Positions 18,258 through 27,192 of a stretch of DNA of 64,000 bases are shown here, piece after piece. The translations under genes were made by a program, and so were the position numbers. The stretch covers positions 252,312 through 316,311 of the forward strand of contig CAZWWE010000001.1 in the NCBI GenBank assembly GCA_964637295.1. The letters run 5' to 3'. The DNA comes from an uncultured Pseudomonadales bacterium (GTDB lineage Bacteria; Patescibacteriota; Microgenomatia; UBA1400; PJMF01). Under the pieces are notes generated by a model. That model searched no databases, was not told where the DNA came from, and saw only the letters and a program-made list of their open reading frames with translations. How positions within the stretch are numbered: the first letter of the stretch is position 1; each line of letters opens with the position of its first letter.

Positions 18258-18625
18258 GATTTAAATTTAATATTTTTCTGGATTTGTTTTGCCAAGATAA
18301 CAAAGTCTTTTTCTAGAAGCTCTTTATCTAGTGGAAAATTTCTTTTTAAAATGATCACTAGATCATAGGCCATGTTTGGAGAAAAATTACAATTTTGAAA
18401 CTCTTTTTCCACAAGTGAATATAAAAAACGGCGGAACTTATTTCTAAGTGTTGATTTAGATAAAGATGCTTTAGAAGTAAGACAACTTATCTTAAAATCG
18501 CTTTGATTTGATCTTAAATAGGCTAAAAAGTATTGGGAACTTAAAAATAAAGAATTGCCTCTAATAAAAATATTAGCATTCTGTTGTAAAGAAAGATTTA
18601 GGCGGTGTTTTTTAGCTAACATCAA
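18254..18625 (-). CDS. rnpA: Ribonuclease P protein component
   Basis: LAKKHRLNLS...NIFIRGNSLFL...RNKFRR is RnpA-like. Located between rpmH and yidD. Confidence 0.75.
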   Translation of the reverse strand: MMLAKKHRLNLSLQQNANIFIRGNSLFLSSQYFLAYLRSNQSDFKISCLTSKASLSKSTLRNKFRRFLYSLVEKEFQNCNFSPNMAYDLVIILKRNFPLDKELLEKDFVILAKQIQKNIKFKS

Positions 18626-18633
18626 TAATTAGT

Positions 18634-18780
18634 TTACCAGTGTTTGGCTACGGCCAATTTTTTTCTGCCTTTGGCACGACGACGTTTAATAACAACTTGA
18701 CCAGTAAGAGTTTGCATTCTTTTCAAGAAACCATGCATTCTCATGCGCTTTTTTTTCTTTGGATTCCATGTTCTTTTCAT
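18634..18780 (-). CDS. rpmH: 50S ribosomal protein L34
   Basis: Not in the ORF track (<60 aa). Reverse translation gives [48 protein letters not shown]. Confidence 0.9.
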   Translation of the reverse strand: MKRTWNPKKKKRMRMHGFLKRMQTLTGQVVIKRRRAKGRKKLAVAKHW

Positions 18781-18806
18781 AGGTTAGAGATTATATCATA
18801 AAAAAA

Positions 18807-19916
18807 TCAGCTATTTACCCTGAAAGGCATGGCTATATAAAAATAGTCTTCAGTGGTTTTATTTTTAAAGATTGCTGGCTTTAAGCTCTCGTTCATGCCA
18901 AAAATAAGAGTTTCTGGTTTTAAAGCATTTATAAAATCAATCAAATAATTGACATTAAAAGCAATTTCTCCAGTTTGATCAGAATCATTGTTTATTGTAA
19001 TTTCTCCAGAGTATTCTCCCAAGGAAGGAGATTGTGAGCTAATCAACATTCTATTTTTTTCAATCGCTAATTTTACTACGTTGGAAACATCTCTGGAAAA
19101 AATAGCAGCACGTTTAAGCTGAGTTAAAAACTCCAAACCATCAAATTCAATATTTAAAATAAAGCTTGGCGGAATAATTTTTTCATACGGTGGATAATCG
19201 CCTTCGATTAATCTCACATACATCTCTATTTGATTGAGTTTAAACAAAAGCTGCTTTAATTCAGAGGCTACAAGAATTTCAATTTTTTGCACCTCTGCTT
19301 GTTTGGCAATTCGATAAAGCTCATTCAAGGCTTTGGCTGGAATTAAAATCGTTTTATCTTGTTCAGAGCTAATTGTTCTAAGAAACAAACTACTTAAACG
19401 AAAACCATCAGTAGCAACCACTTCTAGGCCAAGTTTACTAAACTTGAACATTAAAGCTGTTAACACTGGTCTGCTTTGATCAACGCTCGCACAAAAAGCT
19501 ACAGCGGTTTGAATTTTTTCTAAATCATCTAAACCTAAATAAAAACTGTCTCCCTCGACAACTGGAAAGCTGGGAAATTCTTCGCTATTTTGACAAGCTA
19601 AGCGACTATTGGTTCTTCCTTGCTTGATAATTAAAAAATTATCTTTTAACTCAAAGCTAATTTTGCCATTTTCTAAAGAGTTGATGATATTTTTTAATAA
19701 TTCACCATTAACAATTAATTCTCCGGTATTTTCTGTTTCAACTATTAATTCAGTTTTAATACCCAAATAAAGATCTGTGGCTGACAGTATTAGTTTTTGA
19801 TCCTTAAGTTGCAAAAGAATGGATGATAATACTGAAATTTGCGGTTTTGTTGGAATTACCTTTTGTAAGTAATTGAGTGAGTTTTTTAAATTTTCTTGTA
19901 AAACATTGAATTTCAT
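18807..19916 (-). CDS. dnaN: DNA polymerase III beta sliding clamp
   Basis: MKFNVLQENLKNSLNYLQKVIPTKPQISVLSSILLQ plus three-domain length. Directly downstream of dnaA. Confidence 0.85.
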   Translation of the reverse strand: MKFNVLQENLKNSLNYLQKVIPTKPQISVLSSILLQLKDQKLILSATDLYLGIKTELIVETENTGELIVNGELLKNIINSLENGKISFELKDNFLIIKQGRTNSRLACQNSEEFPSFPVVEGDSFYLGLDDLEKIQTAVAFCASVDQSRPVLTALMFKFSKLGLEVVATDGFRLSSLFLRTISSEQDKTILIPAKALNELYRIAKQAEVQKIEILVASELKQLLFKLNQIEMYVRLIEGDYPPYEKIIPPSFILNIEFDGLEFLTQLKRAAIFSRDVSNVVKLAIEKNRMLISSQSPSLGEYSGEITINNDSDQTGEIAFNVNYLIDFINALKPETLIFGMNESLKPAIFKNKTTEDYFYIAMPFRVNS

Positions 19917-20224
19917 ATTTTCTTTTTCTTAATTATATATATTTAGTAGTTGTAGTAGTAGGGTTTGTTAATAAGTGAATATTTAAAACGATTAGATCGA
20001 AAAAATGCCTCATATTAAATGGTTTATAAGACCCAATTTTTTGTTAATATTTTTGTTAATACCTGTGGTTTTATGTTGACAGAATCTTTTAATTATTCAC
20101 AGTCCTATAATTTTTAGAGCAAATTGTTAACAAGCTTTCAACTATTTTTCCACTGTTTTTTCCACAATTGTTAATAAACTTGATTTAGATAATTACTTTG
20201 ACTGATAAATGACTGATTTATCAG
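19917..20224. promoter_or_regulatory. Candidate oriC (dnaA-dnaN intergenic region with DnaA-box-like 9-mers and AT-rich repeats)
   Basis: AATTATATATATTTAG AT-rich tract. Repeated TTGTTAATA (x4). TTTTCCACA / TTTTCCACT / TGTGGTTTT box-like elements. An 11-bp inverted repeat GACTGATAAAT-gactg-ATTTATCAGTC overlaps the dnaA stop. Confidence 0.5.
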
Positions 20225-21793
20225 TCAATTTGATATAGCAATTAGAGACATTTTGATTGCTGAAACATCTTGTTGCACTATCTGATCAGTAATCAAATCT
20301 TGTTCGATTTTTTTAATCGCGTGAATTACGCTACTATGATCTCTTCCGGAAAACCACTGGCCAATTTCCTCGAGAGGAATTTGTAATTCATTTCTTAATA
20401 AATACATGGCGACGTGCCTGGCTTTGACTAATTCTTTGCTGCGTCTTTTGCCTCTAACTGCGCTTTGTTTAATACGATAGTGATTAGCGACGGTTTTGAT
20501 AATGTCTTGAGGTTTGGCCTTAATTATTTTTTGTTGATTTTGTTTAACTTCGCTCTGCAGAATTTTATCGATTAAGTTGATATCAACAGCAAGATTTTGC
20601 AATTCCACCGCTGAGCGAATTTTTTTAATAATACCCTCAATTCTTCTAGCGCTATCTACTTGGGAAGCAATTTTTTGTGCTAAATTTATTGGAACATCAA
20701 GCTTATTAGCTTGGGCTTTTAATAACAGAATTGCAGTTCTTAACTCAAAAGTTGGTTGTTGAATATCAATCATTAAACCTGCTTCAAAACGAGAACGCAG
20801 ACGATCTTCAAGTAAGCTAATTTCTTGGGGTGGGCGATCAGAAGTCATGATAATTTGTGAATTGATGGCAATTAAGGCGTTAAAAGTGTGAAAGAACTCT
20901 TCTTGAACGGAATTTTTTCCAGCAATAAATTGAATATCGTCTAATAAAAGTAAGTTGGTTTTGCGATATTTATTTTTTAATTGCAGAGTATTATGACTTT
21001 TGATAGCTCTAACAATTTCATTAGTAAATTGTTCTCCAGAGGCATAAATAATTTCTGCATCAGGATTATTCTGCAAAAGATGGTGCGCTACAGCGTGAAT
21101 TAAATGGGTTTTGCCAACACCTACTCCGCCATATAAAAAAAGCGGGTTATAGCTAGTACCAGGATTATTGGCAACTGCTGTAGCAGCGGCATGGGCCATT
21201 TCATTGCTTGAAGAAACCGCAAAACTTTCAAAAGTGTAGTCTTGTCTAAGACCGATTTGTGAAGCACGAACCTTGAGCCGATCAAAAGTATTATTATTAA
21301 TATTAGCTTGAGAAAAAAGTTCTTCAACAGTAGGGGATTGAACGTTTTGCTGTTCAGTCAAAAAACCTTTATTGATTAACAAATTATTTTTTGATTGACG
21401 ATAATTTTGTTGAGTTATTTTTTGCGTTTTGGCAACTTGGTCGTTATTTTGTGGGGCCTGTAAATTCTGTGAATTTTGTGGGAAATAATCATTTTTTTTT
21501 GTTTGTCTTAAATCAGTAACAATAAACTCAATTTCCAGCGGCTTGTTGATGTATTTTTCCAGAGCAAGTTTAATTTGAGTATATAAATTTGTTTTCAAGT
21601 TAGTAACGTGAAAAGCCGTCATACAACTAATCGTGGCAACCGCTTTTTGCTCGTTTTCAATTTTTACCGCAGTCAATGGACTTGGAATAATCCAGGTATT
21701 GAAAAAAGCTGGGCTAAGGCTGGCTTCAAGATCTATTTTAGCCATCTGCCAAACCTGCTTAACGGTTTCTGAGTCATAAACCTGTTCTGACAT
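20225..21793 (-). CDS. dnaA: Chromosomal replication initiator protein DnaA
   Basis: GGVGVGKTHL Walker A, LLLDDIQF Walker B and the C-terminal DNA-binding helix. Ends in TGA. Confidence 0.9.
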   Translation of the reverse strand: MSEQVYDSETVKQVWQMAKIDLEASLSPAFFNTWIIPSPLTAVKIENEQKAVATISCMTAFHVTNLKTNLYTQIKLALEKYINKPLEIEFIVTDLRQTKKNDYFPQNSQNLQAPQNNDQVAKTQKITQQNYRQSKNNLLINKGFLTEQQNVQSPTVEELFSQANINNNTFDRLKVRASQIGLRQDYTFESFAVSSSNEMAHAAATAVANNPGTSYNPLFLYGGVGVGKTHLIHAVAHHLLQNNPDAEIIYASGEQFTNEIVRAIKSHNTLQLKNKYRKTNLLLLDDIQFIAGKNSVQEEFFHTFNALIAINSQIIMTSDRPPQEISLLEDRLRSRFEAGLMIDIQQPTFELRTAILLLKAQANKLDVPINLAQKIASQVDSARRIEGIIKKIRSAVELQNLAVDINLIDKILQSEVKQNQQKIIKAKPQDIIKTVANHYRIKQSAVRGKRRSKELVKARHVAMYLLRNELQIPLEEIGQWFSGRDHSSVIHAIKKIEQDLITDQIVQQDVSAIKMSLIAISN

Positions 21794-21888
21794 AAAGATT
21801 TTACCTTCTCAATTATTTGGGGGCAGAGTAAAAACAAAAAATGTTTGCTTACTTATACACAAAGTTTTCCACAATTGGCAAGGGGCAA

Positions 21889-24078
21889 TTATTTTGGTGG
21901 TTGGTAGTCGTTGATGTCGTAAATGCCGTGCTGGTCTGGTTTGAGGGTTTGCTCGTCATTTTCACTAAAGACAGTCTTAATTTGAAAATTATCTTTTTGA
22001 TCACGAGTTGTCAATTCTTGGTCGGCATTAAAAATTAATTGATCAGTTTTAAGCGCTTGTTCTGCTAATTTATTAGCGTTTTTTAGAGGATCAGTAGTAA
22101 GATCGACTTTTGGGTTTTTCCAAGCCAAAACACTGTTATTTAGATTCTCTTTTTCTTGAAAAGCCTGATTGTTGTCAAGTCGCTGTTTTTTTAAAGCTCT
22201 AATTTTTTGATAACTTTCAAAACTTTCACTCCTGGGATTTAGTCCAGAAGCTATGGTCTTTTTTTCATTTTTTTCATCTTCTTTTTTTAAGATTTCCTCA
22301 GGATTGGTGGTAATAACTTGATGTTCTTCTTCTGAAGCAATCACTCTCAATGCTACGTGATTTTGGCCGGCAAAGAAAATGCCTTCTCCTACGTCAGAAG
22401 AAACCAAGAGCTGTCTTTCGCCTTCAGATAAATAAAATGTTTGGGTGAGAATAGGGATAGAGGCGGTTGATTGTTTCATTAAAAATTGAATTGAGGCGTT
22501 AGAGACAATGGCCTTACCATAATCATTGCGTAAAAAATCTTCCACATCTTGAGTGATAGTGGTAATGCCCAGATAGTATTTGCGGGCTCTTTTGACCATG
22601 GAGTAAACAAAGGCAGCACTATCAGGATGCATCATAAAATACCACGCTTCATCAATGACCAAGATGCGTCTTTTGAGATTTTTTTTGACTCTAGTCCAAA
22701 TAAAGTCAAGAATAACGTACATAGCGATTGGTCGCAGCGACTCTTCCATTTCTTTGACAGAAAAAACTGTAAATTGCGAACTGATATCAACGTTAGAAGC
22801 TTGATTAAAAATACCACGAAAAGAACCGGTGATAAATTTTTCCAATCTTGCAGCCAAATCATCACTTTCTTCTCTTTCCATGCCGATCAGTGCTTTATAA
22901 AGATCTTCCATTAAGGGAGGAGTGTTTTTTTGTGTGGCTGGATCAGGAGTAATGCCTTTGGCTTTGTAGGCGGCAATGATGGCGCGATCAAGAATAGCTT
23001 CTTGTTGAGGGGTCATTTCTCCCAGCATTACTTTAAGCAAACCGTGAATGGAAAGAATTTTTTGTCCCAATTCGTTTTCACCTTCCTCGTAAACATTGGA
23101 TAGATCAAAAGGATTAATTTTTGCCTTTGAACCAAAAGTGAAATTGATATATTCACCACCGACCATTTTACATAGTTCTTCATATTCATGCTCTGGATCG
23201 AGAACAATAACTTCGGCGTCAAACATTAATTGTCTTAAGATTTCCAATTTGACAGTGTAAGATTTACCAGCGCCAGATTTGGCAAAAATCACCATGTTGG
23301 CATTTTCCATTTTGAAACGATCGAAAATGACTAATGAATCATTGTGTTCATTAATGCCATAAACAATACCAGTTTCCATGGTCAGCTCGGAAGAAGTAAA
23401 GGGAAAAGTCGTTGCCAGTGAGGTGGTGTCCATGTTTCTAGTGACTGAAAGGCGATCAACTCCCATTGGCAAAGTGGTTTTGAAGCCTTCGTCCATTTGT
23501 AGAGCAGATTTTTTGGAAACAATCATTAGCGCTCCTAGGGTACCCTGAATGCTTTTGGTGATTTTATCCAGCATTTCTTTGCTCTCAGCCCTCACAGTAA
23601 TGTAAAGTCCAAATTGAAAAAATCTTTCTGAGCCAGCAGCTAGTTGCTCTCTCATGGCGCGAGCATCACTTAGTTTAATTTCTGTGTTAATATTGCTAAT
23701 TTTTCCAGATCTAATGTCTGAAGTAATTTCTGCCTCCATTTCGGTAATTTTTCTCTTAAGATTATCAAGAATATCTCCCGTATCTGAAGGAAAAATAAAC
23801 ATAGATATATTGGCTTGATTAGGATAGTTAATTAAAGGAGAGAGCCAATTGGCTGGTACCGCCCTTGGGTAGCCAGCAATAAACAGAGTACGAGTATAAG
23901 TGGAGTTAATTTTTTGATAAGTAAAATCAACCTCAATTGCTTCTGGAGCAATGATGTCTTGAATGGTGACTAAACCACGAGAAAATTCGCTTAATTTTTC
24001 TTGCGTGTACTGTTCCGCGTTAATTTTATTCTGATCAGCTGTAACCGGAGTTTTTTTCTTAGAAAATAAATTTAGCAT
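21889..24078 (-). CDS. virB4: Type IV secretion ATPase VirB4/TrbE/CagE family (monoderm-type)
   Basis: Walker A VIFAKSGAGKSYTVK and Walker B ILVIDEAWYF. Start placed at MLNLFSKKK (ATG 24078), 1 nt after the upstream gene's stop. The track ORF starts at 24228 and overlaps the neighbour. Confidence 0.8.
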   Translation of the reverse strand: MLNLFSKKKTPVTADQNKINAEQYTQEKLSEFSRGLVTIQDIIAPEAIEVDFTYQKINSTYTRTLFIAGYPRAVPANWLSPLINYPNQANISMFIFPSDTGDILDNLKRKITEMEAEITSDIRSGKISNINTEIKLSDARAMREQLAAGSERFFQFGLYITVRAESKEMLDKITKSIQGTLGALMIVSKKSALQMDEGFKTTLPMGVDRLSVTRNMDTTSLATTFPFTSSELTMETGIVYGINEHNDSLVIFDRFKMENANMVIFAKSGAGKSYTVKLEILRQLMFDAEVIVLDPEHEYEELCKMVGGEYINFTFGSKAKINPFDLSNVYEEGENELGQKILSIHGLLKVMLGEMTPQQEAILDRAIIAAYKAKGITPDPATQKNTPPLMEDLYKALIGMEREESDDLAARLEKFITGSFRGIFNQASNVDISSQFTVFSVKEMEESLRPIAMYVILDFIWTRVKKNLKRRILVIDEAWYFMMHPDSAAFVYSMVKRARKYYLGITTITQDVEDFLRNDYGKAIVSNASIQFLMKQSTASIPILTQTFYLSEGERQLLVSSDVGEGIFFAGQNHVALRVIASEEEHQVITTNPEEILKKEDEKNEKKTIASGLNPRSESFESYQKIRALKKQRLDNNQAFQEKENLNNSVLAWKNPKVDLTTDPLKNANKLAEQALKTDQLIFNADQELTTRDQKDNFQIKTVFSENDEQTLKPDQHGIYDINDYQPPK

Positions 24079-24079
24079 A

Positions 24080-25243
24080 TTAAGTCGATGTTTGATTTGG
24101 TTGGGTTGACAATGGTTTTTGTAATGGTTGTATTTCTTCGCTGAAGTCGTCAGTTTCAGACATAGTTGTTGTAGCAGTTGCGGTAAACTCGCTTGAATTG
24201 TTGCTGTTGAGGCTTGGTGTACCTCCAAAAACTGGCACTTCGTTGGTGAACGAAGTTGTTACTTGAGGAATAACTGGGGTCTCTGGAGCAACTGGATTTA
24301 CTGGGTTTGCTGGATCCGCTAGAGGAACTGAATCCCTCGAAGTAAGCGGAGCCGTTTGTATTGTTGGTATTTCTTGGGCAACTGGTTGTTCTTGAGTTGC
24401 TGGTGCTTCTCGGGTGACTGGTTTTTCTTGAGCTACCGGCATTTCTTGAGCGACCGGTATTTCTTGAACAATTGGTCCTTCTTGAGTCACACTGTCGATT
24501 GAAGGATTAATGACTGATTGCTGTAAAGGTGTTGTTGTAATATTTGAACTCATAATTTTTTCTCCAAAGCTCGCCCTGACCAAGGGTGTGGTGTAATTCT
24601 CGTTATTGCTAATTTCTTGTCCCTCAGCTGCTTCGGGATTGTAATTAATATAAAAATTTTGAATAATTTCCTGAGTGTTTAGTTGTTTAGTGTAGAGTCC
24701 AAGTCGATTGAACTGAGAAATGAGATGATCGCGACGTGGCTCCAATAAATTTGCCGCTTTTTCCAAAATAATGCTTTTTTCAATACTATTGATGTCGAAA
24801 GTAGTTTTGCCAGGCAGAACATTGGTGGCGGTAATGAGACCCATTTCTCCTGGACTAGCTGGCACAGTGACGTAAAAATGTTTTTCCAAAACATTTCTTT
24901 CTTTAATCAAAGTGGCCACAAAATCTCGATACTGTTTAATTAGTTTAGCTTTGCGATCCGAGTTGGCTTTTTGCATTTGTTCATCAAGTAGTCTTAAGTA
25001 TTTAGTGACGTCTTTGGTTTGCGATTGAATGTTGATTTGAATAGGATAATTAAGAGAGTTTAATAAAGAACCATAGGTAAAAATGATAGCGTCTTGTTCT
25101 TGTTCGGCCAGCAAACTGAAATTCATCGTGCCCACCTGCAAAATAATTGAAGCAGTGCCGTCTTTCAAAAGAACAATATCGTTAATAATGTCATAGACAT
25201 CAAGAAATTCTTGAGTGGTGGAACTAATTACTTTATCGCTCAT
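24080..25243 (-). CDS. T4SS-associated hypothetical protein with Pro/Gln-rich heptad repeats
   Basis: Translationally coupled to virB4. C-terminal repeats PIVQEIPVAQEMPVAQEKPVTREAPATQEQPVAQEIP are encoded by 21-nt tandem repeats. Confidence 0.4.
   Translation of the reverse strand: MSDKVISSTTQEFLDVYDIINDIVLLKDGTASIILQVGTMNFSLLAEQEQDAIIFTYGSLLNSLNYPIQINIQSQTKDVTKYLRLLDEQMQKANSDRKAKLIKQYRDFVATLIKERNVLEKHFYVTVPASPGEMGLITATNVLPGKTTFDINSIEKSIILEKAANLLEPRRDHLISQFNRLGLYTKQLNTQEIIQNFYINYNPEAAEGQEISNNENYTTPLVRASFGEKIMSSNITTTPLQQSVINPSIDSVTQEGPIVQEIPVAQEMPVAQEKPVTREAPATQEQPVAQEIPTIQTAPLTSRDSVPLADPANPVNPVAPETPVIPQVTTSFTNEVPVFGGTPSLNSNNSSEFTATATTTMSETDDFSEEIQPLQKPLSTQPNQTST
24380..24500 (-). repeat. 21-nt tandem repeats encoding (P-V-A-Q-E-x-P)n
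   Basis: Plus-strand period-21 units: ...ttcttgagctaccggcatttcttgagcgaccggtatttcttgaacaattggtccttcttgagtcac. Confidence 0.6.
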
Positions 25244-25267
25244 GAGCTGTCAATAGTTTACTAAATT

Positions 25268-26122
25268 TTAAGCCTTGATTACAAGGGGCTCAGCAATTTG
25301 GCCAGTAAGCTGAATTTCAACTGGAGTAAAATTCAGTTGATCCTTTTCTACAACAATTTGATAAAGCCCATCAGCTAGAGGACGATCGGTTAAAAATTGT
25401 CCATTCAGATCACTTTTCAAAACGCGCAGAGTTTGTTGATTTTGATCTTTAATTTCAATAATTGCTTGAGCAATTTTTTGATTGTTTTGATCGAGAATAA
25501 GTCCGGCGATTTGATTGGGCAGTAATGGTTTTATAGTACTGTTTTCATCAGGGAGTTTAAGCTTGCGAACTCTAGTTTGTAGATTGGGCTTTTCTTGTTT
25601 AATTGGCTCAGCTTTAATCTGTTCTGTTTTGACCTCGACTTCAGCGAATTGATTGAGCACTGAGCTAATTTTTTCTTTTTCACTCAACTCAAATTGATCG
25701 AGGCTATTTTCTTCGGGAATACTTTTTAAATATTCAAAAATGCGCTGTTTACGCGCAGGATTTAAATTGATATCTGGTGCAAAAAAATCGTCTTGCGTAG
25801 AGCTAATTTTATAATTAAAAAAATCTGGAATTTTATTAGATTTTTTCCAAAAAAATTTAGTTGGTTTATAGATGTTTTTGAAAAAAGTTTTGATCCAATG
25901 ATCGAGAGGTCTTTCTTCAATCGGTACAAAAGCAATGGCCGCTCCCAAGCCAACGACAGAAAAAACTAACGGCCACTTGATGATCCCAATTAGATTGGTT
26001 TTATAGATAATAAAAGCTAAAACTGCGGCGATAGCTAGTTCAGCAAATTGCTTGAGAGTCATGCTTCCCACAAGATGAAACTTATAGTTGGTAATATCTT
26101 GTGGAATTGGATGCTGTTTCAT
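25268..26122 (-). CDS. VirB3/PrgI-like two-TM membrane protein with C-terminal beta-sandwich-like domain
   Basis: N-terminal two TMs (LAIAAVLAFIIY..., WPLVFSVVGLGAAIAFV) immediately upstream of the VirB4 unit. C-terminus GLYQIVVEKDQLNFTPVEIQL is carboxypeptidase-regulatory-like. Confidence 0.35.
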   Translation of the reverse strand: MKQHPIPQDITNYKFHLVGSMTLKQFAELAIAAVLAFIIYKTNLIGIIKWPLVFSVVGLGAAIAFVPIEERPLDHWIKTFFKNIYKPTKFFWKKSNKIPDFFNYKISSTQDDFFAPDINLNPARKQRIFEYLKSIPEENSLDQFELSEKEKISSVLNQFAEVEVKTEQIKAEPIKQEKPNLQTRVRKLKLPDENSTIKPLLPNQIAGLILDQNNQKIAQAIIEIKDQNQQTLRVLKSDLNGQFLTDRPLADGLYQIVVEKDQLNFTPVEIQLTGQIAEPLVIKA

Positions 26123-26208
26123 GAGTTATCTCATTTTAGCAGAAATATAGGTTGATTGTTTAGACTGAGCTTGACTGTTTAAAACTGAAGGTTGCCTCAA
26201 ATCAAATG

Positions 26209-27192
26209 TTATTTTTGGGCAGCGCTGGCCACTGCTGGAGTGATAATTTTGGCCTCGATATTAATTCCGGCCGAATTAGTTAGTTTGGCGCTAAATTTGT
26301 AAAAAGGATAGGCAATTTTTAATTCACTGTCATAGCGATATTCGATTTCGACCGCATACAAATCGGCTTCGATAATCCAATTAAGATCGATGACGTTGGC
26401 AATTTTGCTTTGAGCATCAATAATAGAGCCAACGCCATTTTTGATATTTTTAACAGCTTGGTCAAGCGAAAGAGAAGAAATTTCTCTTGCTGGCTCAAAG
26501 ACTTGATAGCTATCTTTAAATACAATTTTTCTAACTTCATAATTATGGTCGATTTTGCAAAAAAATGGATAATTATTTTCATTTTCGTAAAAAACTGAGA
26601 AGCCGTTTAACTCGTAAGTGAAAGGAATTTGTAAATAAACAGCGTCTTTTGGATCAGTTTCTCTTTGTTCTAATGTGCCACCAAGATACAAAATGCTATT
26701 TTTTTGAGCTATTAAAGATAGATCGAGATTGTATTTTTTATAAAAATTGGCGCATTGAGAGATTGCTTCTTCAATAACAATGGGAACAAAAGCACTTTCA
26801 TTTTTTGAGCCAATGTCAAAACTCCATCTGTTTTCAAAAACATTTTTAATTAAAAAGTTTTCGTCTTTAATCCAATAATTTCCCATTTTTTCATCTTTTT
26901 CCAATTGATATTCTCTAATGATTTTGTTGGCCAACTCATCTTCTAAATTTAAAGTGGCTTTGGCTTGAAAAATTGTAAAAAATTCTGGCACAAAAATTTT
27001 TTGGCCAGAAAAATCAATTTTTTTGTAAGTAGTCTGAGTCTGATTGTAATTATTGTTAACGAAATTATTTTGAACGATGGTTTCTTTTTGGGGAGTGATT
27101 AAAATCAATATCGCAGAAATCAATAATGAAACCGAAGCAAAAATAATTAATAGCGGAATGATTTTGATTTCTTTTTTGTTTTTTTTATTCAT
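26209..27192 (-). CDS. Bitopic membrane protein (possible VirB8-like T4SS component)
   Basis: Single N-terminal TM IKIIPLLIIFASVSLLISAILILI followed by a ~290-aa ectodomain. Overlaps the upstream giant gene by 8 nt. Confidence 0.3.
   Translation of the reverse strand: MNKKNKKEIKIIPLLIIFASVSLLISAILILITPQKETIVQNNFVNNNYNQTQTTYKKIDFSGQKIFVPEFFTIFQAKATLNLEDELANKIIREYQLEKDEKMGNYWIKDENFLIKNVFENRWSFDIGSKNESAFVPIVIEEAISQCANFYKKYNLDLSLIAQKNSILYLGGTLEQRETDPKDAVYLQIPFTYELNGFSVFYENENNYPFFCKIDHNYEVRKIVFKDSYQVFEPAREISSLSLDQAVKNIKNGVGSIIDAQSKIANVIDLNWIIEADLYAVEIEYRYDSELKIAYPFYKFSAKLTNSAGINIEAKIITPAVASAAQK

Noticed and set aside
21889-24228. Track start of VirB4 at 24228 (779 aa)
   Set aside because: That start would overlap the upstream gene by about 150 nt. 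The internal ATG at 24078 (MLNLFSKKK) begins 1 nt after the neighbour's stop, which gives a compact coupled arrangement.
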